Source: Polyangiaceae bacterium (GTDB lineage: Bacteria; Myxococcota_A; Polyangia; Polyangiales; Polyangiaceae). Taken from it: DNA of 64,000 bases. The stretch covers positions 71,975-135,974 of the forward strand of contig JAPSGB010000009.1 of assembly GCA_035063585.1 (NCBI GenBank), read 5' to 3'. Shown here one piece after another: positions 44,030-51,126 of this stretch; the first letter of the stretch is position 1; the number at the start of each line of letters is the position of its first letter. The notes under the pieces are model-generated. The model ran no database searches, was not told the DNA's origin, and saw only the letters and a program-made list of their open reading frames with translations. The position numbers and the translations under genes were made by a program.

Positions 44030-44458
44030 GTGACGAGCGCGCTCACGGTGACCTCCCGGATCGTGATCCCCGAAGCTGAGCTCGAGTGGAGCGCGGTGCG
44101 CGCCTCCGGGCCCGGCGGCCAGAACGTGAACAAGGTGGCGAGCAAGGTCGAGCTCCGCTTCGACCTCGCGCGCAGCCGCGCGCTCCCGAGCGCGGTGAAG
44201 GCGCGGCTCGCAGAGCTCGCGGAGGGGCGCCTCGACGCTGACGGTCGCCTGCTCATCACGAGCCAGAAGACGCGCGACCAGTCGCGAAACCTCGACGACG
44301 CGCGCGAGAAGCTCGCCGAGCTCGTCCGGCGCGCGCTCGTGCCACCTCGCCCGCGCCGCCCCACCCGGCCGACCCGCGCCTCGAAGCTCCGGCGCCTCGA
44401 CGACAAGCGCCGCCAGTCCGAGAAGAAGCAGGCGCGGAACCCGAGGCGCGGCGAGTAG
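44030..44458 (+). CDS. arfB: Alternative ribosome rescue factor ArfB
   Basis: RASGPGGQNVNKV, RDQSRN, basic C-terminal tail. Confidence 0.95.
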   Translation: MTSALTVTSRIVIPEAELEWSAVRASGPGGQNVNKVASKVELRFDLARSRALPSAVKARLAELAEGRLDADGRLLITSQKTRDQSRNLDDAREKLAELVRRALVPPRPRRPTRPTRASKLRRLDDKRRQSEKKQARNPRRGE

Positions 44459-45244
44459 TCAGTCCGCCGCGCGCGACTCCTCTTTGCAGAGCCCGAGCTG
44501 GCGCTTCGGGCAGGAGATCCGCACGTGGAAGTGATCGTCGTGCGCCTCGGCGTTGGGCGGTTGGTGCAGGAGCCGAAGCGCGGCGGGGACGTACCCGGCG
44601 AAGTCCTTCCGGCTCTCGGCGAAGGCGATGAGCCGGTGCTTGAGCCAGGAGGCGACGAACACGTGGCTCAACCCCGCGCGACCGTCGCGGAGCCACGAGA
44701 GCACGAGGAGCCAATTTCGCCAGTCGTCGAACACGAGGCCGCTGCCGTCCGCCGCCCGGCCTCGAGCGTCGAACTTCACGAAATGGTCGAGCACGACCGG
44801 CTTACCGCTCGCGTCCTTGACGTAGAACGCGACGTCCGCGTCGCGACCGCTCTGATGCGAGTGATGTCCGGAGAGGGGACCGCCCTCGGCGCGGGACAAA
44901 TCGCCGACCACCATCACCGAGCCGCGCGCCGCGCGCGCGAGCTCGGCCGCGCTCCGGCGAAGCATGAGGACCAACGCGGGATGGCCGTAGCAGTGCGCGG
45001 CGCTGCTCGGCTTGATGACGAGCGACCGCGTCCGCTTGAGCCGCTTGGCGCGTACCTGCCAGCCGTCGTTCGGGTGGCCGACGGTGAGGCTCATCAGCGA
45101 GTACGGCGCGCGGCGGTACTCTTTCGGCAGCTCACGCTCGGAGCCCGCGCGCGCCGAAGGGGCGAGCGCGACGGACGCGGCCATCACGACGAGAGCGCTC
45201 GTGAGTCCTCGCACGTCTTCAGCCCTAGCAAGCGTGTGGCGCAC
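44459..45244 (-). CDS. Penicillin-insensitive murein endopeptidase (MepA-like); start uncertain
   Basis: GDLS..GG, HHSHQSGRDAD, HDDHFHVR. Confidence 0.85.
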   Translation of the reverse strand: MRHTLARAEDVRGLTSALVVMAASVALAPSARAGSERELPKEYRRAPYSLMSLTVGHPNDGWQVRAKRLKRTRSLVIKPSSAAHCYGHPALVLMLRRSAAELARAARGSVMVVGDLSRAEGGPLSGHHSHQSGRDADVAFYVKDASGKPVVLDHFVKFDARGRAADGSGLVFDDWRNWLLVLSWLRDGRAGLSHVFVASWLKHRLIAFAESRKDFAGYVPAALRLLHQPPNAEAHDDHFHVRISCPKRQLGLCKEESRAAD

Positions 45245-45284
45245 GCGCCAGCCGATTTTGGCCGCGGCGCGCCATGAAGCGCCG

Positions 45285-47273
45285 CTAGAACACGAGCTCG
45301 ACGCTCCCGTGGAAGCTCCGGGCCGGCAGCGGGTAGCCGACCACGTCGAAGCGCGCCGCGTCGGTGACGTCGTCGATCGCGCCGCGCACCGCGACGCGGT
45401 CCTGCCAGCACCACACGGTCGCGCCCAGATCGAGGAGCGTCTCGGGGGCGAGCACGATGAGCCCTGCCGGATCGGCGACCCGCGACGCGCGGTGCGTGGC
45501 GCGGAGCTCGAGCGACGCGAGGTGCTTCACATAGACTGCGAGCCCCGCGGTGGCGACCAGCCGCGCCTGATACGGCACGAGATCGCTGACCAGCGCGCGC
45601 CCCGGGGTCGTATCGCGCGGGTCGAGGATGGTGACGGCGGCGTCCGCGCGGAGATGCTGGAGCGCGTCGGCGCCGAGGGCGAGCTCCGCGCCGAGCACGC
45701 GCGCGCGCCCCGTGTTGTAGGGGCGAAGATAGCCGAGCGCCGCGCGGCGATAGGTGACGAGCTCGCGGACCTCGCGGACGAACCCGAACCCCTCGACCCA
45801 CGCTCCCAGTAAAGCTCCCGAGGACGCAGCGGCGCGGAAGCCGAGCTCGCCACCGACTGCGCGCTCGGGGACGAGCGCGCCGTTGCCCCGCACGAGCGGC
45901 GAGACGCCGTAGAGCTCACCGAGCGTCGGCACGCGCACGGTGCGCGCGAGGTTGCCGAGGAGCTCGAGGCCACGCGCCACCCGGACGCGCGCGCCGACTC
46001 GCCCGACCGGCTCGAGCGCGGGGCTCGCCTCGTCGGCGGACGCGGCGGTCGCGTGCCGCTCGAGCGCGCCGAGCGCGAAGAGCGTGAGCGGAGCGCTCAC
46101 GGCGTACTCCGCGCTCGCGTCGAGCCGGAGCCCGAGCCGCCGCGCGGCGAGCCCCGGCGCGCCGCCGCGCGCGATCGCGAGCCGCTCGAGCTCGAGCCCA
46201 GCGCCGGCCGACCAGCGGAGCCGCTCGCCCGGATGATCGATGATGCTGAACCGATTTACGAATCGTTCACCAGCGCTCGCCGCCCACGGCGCGCCGAGCC
46301 CGAGCTCGAAGCGCGGATCGTCGGTCAGGCTCCGCGCGGTGATGGCCGAGGAGGCGAGCTCGAGCTGACAGTCATCGACGGGGGCGCCGGCGCGCGCGCC
46401 CGGGCACGGCGCGCGCGCGCTCACCCCGGCGAGGAGCCGCTCGACGCGCGCGCGCGCGGCGCGCGCCGGCACGACGCCGAGCCCGGGCACGCCCTGCGCG
46501 CGGTGGAACGCGTCGAGCACGGTGGTCACCTGCGCGCCGCGACCGAGCGCGACCCGCCCGATGGCCCACGCGTCGGTGCTCGCGTGGTCGGCGTTGTCGC
46601 GCCGGACCCAGGCGTCGTCCGAAGCGTCGAAGCGGGTACCGCCGTCGTCGAGATAGGAAAAATCGTCGCGGGCGACCGCGCGCCGGAGCGCGAAGAGGCT
46701 CGCCGCGCCGTCGCCCGCCACCGCGGCCCCGGCCCACGCCCCGAGCTCGCCGAAGCTCCCCACGTTCGCGCCCGCGCGGAGCTCGGAGCGGCGTGGGAGG
46801 CGCGGCTCGAGCACCAGCGCGCCGGCGATCCCGAGCCGGTCGAGCGCCTCGGGGCCGTTGCCGCGAAACACCTCGACGCGCTCGAGCATCCAGAGCGGCA
46901 CTTGCGAGAGATCGGCGGTGCCGGTGACGTCGTCGTTCAAGCGGATCCCGGCGAGGTACACCGGGAGCTGCGCGCTCGACGCGCCGCGGACGGAAGCGGT
47001 GGCGAGCGCCGAGCTCGAGCCCGACTCGGTCACCTGCACGCCGGGCACGCGCGCGAGCACTCGCGCCGCGCTCGCGCCGGGCGCCGAGAGCTCCTCGCGA
47101 TCGAGCACCGTGCTCGCCGCGGTCGGATCGCGACTCGACGCGGGCGGGCCCGCGGGCTCACCGCGGACCTCGATCTCGATGGGCTCCTCGGCCTGCGCGG
47201 GCCTCGCGAGCGCGCTCGCGACCGCGGCCGCGCCGAGCAGGAGGCGCGCGCGCGCGCTAGCGGCACTCAGCAT
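45285..47273 (-). CDS. btuB: TonB-dependent receptor, probably cobalamin (BtuB-like)
   Basis: Signal peptide, plug (LARVPGVQV, SVRG, ERVEVFRG), PTLGELYG, terminal Phe; downstream of cobalamin riboswitch. Confidence 0.8.
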   Translation of the reverse strand: MLSAASARARLLLGAAAVASALARPAQAEEPIEIEVRGEPAGPPASSRDPTAASTVLDREELSAPGASAARVLARVPGVQVTESGSSSALATASVRGASSAQLPVYLAGIRLNDDVTGTADLSQVPLWMLERVEVFRGNGPEALDRLGIAGALVLEPRLPRRSELRAGANVGSFGELGAWAGAAVAGDGAASLFALRRAVARDDFSYLDDGGTRFDASDDAWVRRDNADHASTDAWAIGRVALGRGAQVTTVLDAFHRAQGVPGLGVVPARAARARVERLLAGVSARAPCPGARAGAPVDDCQLELASSAITARSLTDDPRFELGLGAPWAASAGERFVNRFSIIDHPGERLRWSAGAGLELERLAIARGGAPGLAARRLGLRLDASAEYAVSAPLTLFALGALERHATAASADEASPALEPVGRVGARVRVARGLELLGNLARTVRVPTLGELYGVSPLVRGNGALVPERAVGGELGFRAAASSGALLGAWVEGFGFVREVRELVTYRRAALGYLRPYNTGRARVLGAELALGADALQHLRADAAVTILDPRDTTPGRALVSDLVPYQARLVATAGLAVYVKHLASLELRATHRASRVADPAGLIVLAPETLLDLGATVWCWQDRVAVRGAIDDVTDAARFDVVGYPLPARSFHGSVELVF

Positions 47274-48039
47274 GGACGAGGCCGACGGCGTCGAGGTCGA
47301 ACACGCCGTTCATGCCGCCGAGATCGGCGCGATCGGTGACGCGCACGAAGCGCGCGCGGGTCACGCCGAGCGCGGCGAGATCGAAGGCGTCGCCGCCTGC
47401 CACCGCGGGATCGAGCGGATCGATCGCGTTCTCGTCCGGGTTCGCGTAGACCGGGTGCCACCCGGCGCAGCTCCCGTAGGGCGGCGCCGAGGCCGTGCAC
47501 GGGAAGGTGAACCAGGTCTGCCCATCGTCGCTCACCTCTACGGTGGCGAGCTCCGCGAACACGCTTCCCGGATCGCCGCTCACCTGGAACGCGTTCTCGA
47601 ACACGATGAAGTCCGGCCCGGGACCATCGACGATGGCCGAGGCGCCGAACCCGAGCGTGACGCTCCCGCCGTCGCCGAGCGACACGATCTCCCTCGGATC
47701 GGCGTTGCCTTGGCAGCAGCCGCCGCCATGCGGCGGCCCGAGGACGTTCGCCGGAAAATCTACCTGCCCGACGTTCTGCCCGGGCCCGAAGGTGTGCGCG
47801 ACGACCTCGGAGGCGAAGCGCTGACAGCCGCCGGCCTCACCCGCGCCGCCGGCCTCACCCGCGCCGCCGGCCTCACCCGCGCCGCCGCTCGAGCCGCTCC
47901 CCGCCCCGCCACCGGACCCGACGCCGGCCGCGCCGGCCCCACCCCCATCCGAGGCCCCGCTCGCCGCGCTCGTGCAATCGCTCGCGGCGAGCGCGAAGCA
48001 GAAGAGCGCGATCCCGTGCGTGATTCGTACCTGTGACAT
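47257..48039 (-). CDS. Surface lipoprotein in B12-regulated operon (possible cobalamin-binding protein)
   Basis: Lipoprotein-like signal ending ASDC, GGAGEA x3 linker, VSLGDGGSVTLGF, DFIVFENAF, EVSDDG..W, GDAFDL, FDLDAV. Confidence 0.7.
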   Translation of the reverse strand: MSQVRITHGIALFCFALAASDCTSAASGASDGGGAGAAGVGSGGGAGSGSSGGAGEAGGAGEAGGAGEAGGCQRFASEVVAHTFGPGQNVGQVDFPANVLGPPHGGGCCQGNADPREIVSLGDGGSVTLGFGASAIVDGPGPDFIVFENAFQVSGDPGSVFAELATVEVSDDGQTWFTFPCTASAPPYGSCAGWHPVYANPDENAIDPLDPAVAGGDAFDLAALGVTRARFVRVTDRADLGGMNGVFDLDAVGLVHAECR

Positions 48040-48130
48040 CGACGACCTCCCGGGCGAAGCGCGCGCCCATCGTGGAAGGGACTCCGCTCGGCGGGGCGCC
48101 CCCAACTGCGGCGGCGCTCTCGAGCGGGTC

Positions 48131-48305
48131 GGTGGACAGGTTTTCTGACTTCCTCGAGTGCGCTCGGTCGCCTTCCCGGACTCTCCAGTGGCTTCGTGAC
48201 CGTGCGCGTGACGAGGTTACAGCGGCGGCTCCGTGCCGGACTCTCACCGGCTTCCCATCGGTGCCGAAGCACCGCCCCGCGAGGGGCTCCAACGACGACC
48301 GGCTC
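48131..48305 (-). ncRNA. Cobalamin riboswitch
   Basis: Minus strand: GGGAAGCCGGTGAGAGTCCGGCACGG...CGCTGTAA...GCCACTG...GGGAAGG...GTCAGAAAACCTG (B12 box); precedes a lipoprotein and TonB receptor. Confidence 0.93.
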
Positions 48306-48345
48306 GTACCACGAATCGGACACGGGCGTCGACCGGGGGGCGCTC

Positions 48346-48390
48346 TGGAGCCAGCTTGGGGATTTGAACCCCAGACCTGCGGTTTACGAA
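48346..48390 (-). other. 3' half of tRNA-Thr(CGT), interpreted as att site (island boundary)
   Basis: Minus strand TTCGTAAACCGCAGGTCTGGGGTTCAAATCCCCAAGCTGGCTCCA: anticodon loop to CCA; upstream sequence cannot form the D-arm, 5' anticodon stem or 5' acceptor strand. Confidence 0.88.
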
Positions 48391-48503
48391 CCCTGCCGTC
48401 GCGTCCGACGAGCTTGTGGAGGAAGTACACGACATCTGGCACAAAGCAGAGCCAGTGCGCGCACTTCGGAACGATCCTCCCGGCTCGGCGACGCGACGGC
48501 ATC

Positions 48504-48553
48504 GGACGCCGCGGGACGCTATGGGACGCCCGTTGGGGCAATAGTGGGGCAAT
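48504..48553. repeat. Phased direct repeats near att (GGACGC x3, 10-bp period; TGGGGCAAT x2, 11-bp period)
   Basis: GGACGC at 48504, 48514, 48524; TGGGGCAAT at 48534 and 48545. Confidence 0.75.
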
Positions 48554-48610
48554 GGGATCCGGACGTTCGGTGCTCCGGCGGCTCCGTGCGTCCGGTGGTG
48601 TGAGCGTGCG

Positions 48611-49003
48611 CTAGTCGGCTTTCACGGTCGGCGTCGCCATCGAGAACGCATCGACCGCCGAGACCAGCATGCGCCATGTCGACAGCTGCATGAACAGCCC
48701 TGCGGGGCTTCGAATCGTCACCCCGATCAGGTGCAACGCGGGCTCGCCGTCATCGCTCGAAAACGCGCTGCGGAAGGGTGACAACTGCGGGTGGACCCAC
48801 TCGCCGGGCGCGTCTTTCGGCATTGCGTTGCGCGTCTCGGCCTCCACCCATTCATCCTTTGGCACGGCCGTTCCGTCGATGATCCAGCCGTGCGACTGCA
48901 GCACGAGCGCCGGGCGCAGGTTCTGCGGGCCAAGCTGTGCGCCGTGACGCGCCTTCGTCTTCTCGATCAGCAGGACCACCGTTGCCAGGCAGCTGTCGCT
49001 CAT
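48611..49003 (-). CDS. Hypothetical protein, GvpU-like
   Basis: GAGGTG RBS; LxxxGWIIDG...LHLIGVTI...WRMLVSAVDAFS pattern recalls the GvpU family. Confidence 0.55.
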   Translation of the reverse strand: MSDSCLATVVLLIEKTKARHGAQLGPQNLRPALVLQSHGWIIDGTAVPKDEWVEAETRNAMPKDAPGEWVHPQLSPFRSAFSSDDGEPALHLIGVTIRSPAGLFMQLSTWRMLVSAVDAFSMATPTVKAD

Positions 49004-49370
49004 GTTCACCTCGGTGCATATTCTAACACCCGCAAAGGCCGGAGCCGTGTTGAGCGGGCGGCCGACGAGTCCTCGGGAGAGGCGACCTCTGCTTGTCGGC
49101 CTGCGCGAATGCGGTTCGCCCTGGGGCGTGCTAGTAGTTCGTTCGGAACGGCCAAGGCGCGAGCTTGCAACCTTGTCGCTCGAAACCCTGGAAGTAAGCC
49201 TGTCTGCCGCTGTTGCGTGAACGCGGTGGGCTTGAATCGACGGCCTTGCCCGAGACGGGCTCGGCCGTCACCTACGTTTCAGCTGACGCCAAGGCGTGGC
49301 GGGCGGCAATGTCAGCCACGCGGTTGTCCGCGACGCGGGCCTGGTCGGCGCAGTCGAACGACTGGAAAAC

Positions 49371-49898
49371 CTATGCGGCGACGCGAAGGAACAGGCCTTG
49401 GAAATGGCCGACGGCTCGGGCGGCCCGCTCGGCATCAACTCCTTCGAATGCATGACCTGCGGGTTGCCAGCGAACGAGCCCATATGGTCGCGTGGCAACT
49501 CCAGCGTCCCAGGCTGAGACGATGACCTCTCGCTGAAACTCGGCGATGAACCGCTCGCGCGTGAATGCGACCAGCTCCATCAGGTCATGGTAGTCACGCT
49601 CGGAAAGTGTCTCAGGATTGCCAGAGCGCGATGACTTCACCTGGATGATGGGTAGGTGAACGACGGTCGGGCGGCCAATCTTGCGCAAGCCCCAGACGTC
49701 CGCGGGAGATCTGCTCCCCGGGGATAGCGACGCCCAATAATCCGAACCGGACAGCAGCTCCGCCACGTGTGTCTCGCCCTTGCGCCCCGTCGCGGCATTT
49801 GACGGGTTGGGCTGTGCCGGGACCGACCGGCGCTGCTTTCTGCCCCACTCGAGCACGGTCGCGCTCACGAACACGTCAAACCACTCGGCCTGGTTCAT
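49371..49898 (-). CDS. PD-(D/E)XK nuclease (Hjc/restriction-endonuclease-like)
   Basis: GRKGE..VA..L, SPGSRSPADV, IQVKS. Confidence 0.65.
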   Translation of the reverse strand: MNQAEWFDVFVSATVLEWGRKQRRSVPAQPNPSNAATGRKGETHVAELLSGSDYWASLSPGSRSPADVWGLRKIGRPTVVHLPIIQVKSSRSGNPETLSERDYHDLMELVAFTRERFIAEFQREVIVSAWDAGVATRPYGLVRWQPAGHAFEGVDAERAARAVGHFQGLFLRVAA

Positions 49899-50085
49899 TG
49901 ATGAACCGTGACACGCAGCCGCCAGGGTGGCCAGTGAGGTCCACTGAGCGAAACGAGTCCGCAGTGGCCCACTGGGCGCGCCTCACGGATGCCGCGTCTT
50001 GCCGAGCGAGTCGCGGCTGGCGTGAACGGCGGCATGCGGTGCCGCCCATCGTCCGCAAGATGACGAAATCGGATGCGCGGTACAC

Positions 50086-50110
50086 GGTGCAGGCGCGGGG
50101 AATCGAACTC
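50086..50110 (-). other. Degenerate tmRNA/tRNA 3'-end-like fragment (possible relic att site)
   Basis: Minus strand GAGTTCGATTCCCCGCGCCTGCACC resembles T-loop plus acceptor 3' strand; GGGAACAC direct repeats at 50232 and 50243. Confidence 0.5.
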
Positions 50111-50285
50111 GCCGGAGAAACAGCGGAATTACCCTGGAGTTTCGCGCCGTTTTCCCCTCTGGCGGGCTCGGTTCCGGTGTCCAGCGCGTGCTAGCCGTTT
50201 CGTGGGGTCACGAGTTCGTCGGGCTGCGTCTGGGAACACAACGGGAACACGCCTGGCACCCCGACCGGCTCGTGGTCAGCACCCG

Positions 50286-50313
50286 TTGACTGAACATATG
50301 GCGTGGTTATCTT
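50286..50313 (+). promoter_or_regulatory. Putative sigma70 promoter for the DUF3892 gene pair
   Basis: TTGACT-16 bp-TATCTT, ~100 bp upstream of ATG 50418. Confidence 0.5.
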
Positions 50314-50417
50314 CCCTTGCGTCGGTGGCTTTCGACGGGCGGAAGTGCGACCGAAACGCCCGCGTCAGGGCGACTGTCAAGGTCGCTTCGCGCGGCTGGT
50401 AGCTGAACGGGGATAGC

Positions 50418-50678
50418 ATGGCAGACGCTCAGGTTACGTGCATCACGAAGACGGGGAGTTCTCACGAGCACATCACTCATCTTGGAGGGTCGACGTGGAA
50501 GTGGCCGGTAGCCGACGTCATCGCTTCGATCGAGGCCAAGACGAATACGTTCTTCACGCTTGTCGGCGGCAAGCGCGCGAACGTTGGCGTGGTGAACGGC
50601 GCCAATGGGAAGTACGTTCGGACTCACGCAGATGGGGCATGGTCCGACAACTTGCTGGCGCTACCGGCGTGCTCGTGA
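50418..50678 (+). CDS. DUF3892 domain protein
   Basis: VTCITK...HEHITHLG...VIASIE...FFT...KYVRTHADG..SDNLLALP. Confidence 0.8.
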   Translation: MADAQVTCITKTGSSHEHITHLGGSTWKWPVADVIASIEAKTNTFFTLVGGKRANVGVVNGANGKYVRTHADGAWSDNLLALPACS

Positions 50679-50707
50679 GCTGCCCCAACCGGGCGAGGAG
50701 TAGGTAG

Positions 50708-50974
50708 ATGGCGGGGCTCAAGATCACTAAGGGCGGGCGATCGATTCCGCTCAACAGACTTGCCGACGAGATCATGTCGGATGTGCGCAAGGCCGCGACC
50801 GTGCAGATCGAGCAACAAGTCCGGGCGCGGCTCGAGCGGATTCGCTGCCCTGTTCACGGGAAGTCGTTCCGATCCATCAGTGTCGCGATGGCGGGCGACG
50901 CTGGACGTATCCGCGTCGAACCTTGCTGCGAAGAAACCAGCGACGCCGTCGAACGCGCGGTCGCTGGCGTGTAG
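50708..50974 (+). CDS. Small hypothetical protein with possible Zn ligands
   Basis: GAGGAG/AGGTAG RBS; RCPVHG and PCC motifs. Confidence 0.65.
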   Translation: MAGLKITKGGRSIPLNRLADEIMSDVRKAATVQIEQQVRARLERIRCPVHGKSFRSISVAMAGDAGRIRVEPCCEETSDAVERAVAGV

Positions 50975-51012
50975 GCGCCGGCGCAAACATCGAAGATGGC
51001 AAGGGCGCAGAC

Positions 51013-51055
51013 AAAAAGAAAAAGGGAGACGTGGCACCGAAGTGCGACGTCCCCC
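51013..51055 (-). terminator. Rho-independent terminator
   Basis: Minus strand GGGGGACGU-C-GCAC-UUCG-GUGC-C-ACGUCUCCC then UUUUUCUUUUU. Confidence 0.85.
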
Positions 51056-51092
51056 GGCTAGAGGGCGAACCCAGCGCGACCGCGCGGATTCT
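51013..51092 (-). ncRNA. Candidate ~80-nt small RNA divergent from the HEPN gene
   Basis: Own promoter, three hairpins (two with UUCG loops), intrinsic terminator, no convincing ORF. Confidence 0.6.
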
Positions 51093-51098
51093 TTGAGT

Positions 51099-51126
51099 AG
51101 TGTACGCCAGCTGTGCTCGACGTCAA
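51099..51126 (-). promoter_or_regulatory. Sigma70 promoter overlapping the HEPN gene start (antisense)
   Basis: Minus strand TTGACG (51126-51121)-16 bp-TACACT (51104-51099). Confidence 0.65.

Noticed and set aside
48300..48345. Island insertion separating the B12 operon from a tRNA promoter
   Set aside because: About 45 bp with a possible -10-like element remain upstream of the riboswitch; no evidence either way.
48346..48425. Intact tRNA-Thr gene
   Set aside because: The 5' half is absent: no D-arm and no complement to the acceptor or anticodon stems.
49115..49130. Third copy of the dif-like site (TTCGCCCTGGGGCGTG)
   Set aside because: Needs two indels and lacks the second arm.
49296..49517. 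73-aa plus-strand ORF
   Set aside because: Overlaps the nuclease gene antisense, with no RBS or motif.
49905..50030. Possible ribozyme (CTGA...GAAA, several stems)
   Set aside because: Core nucleotides and stem order do not fit the hammerhead consensus; stems are explainable by GC content.
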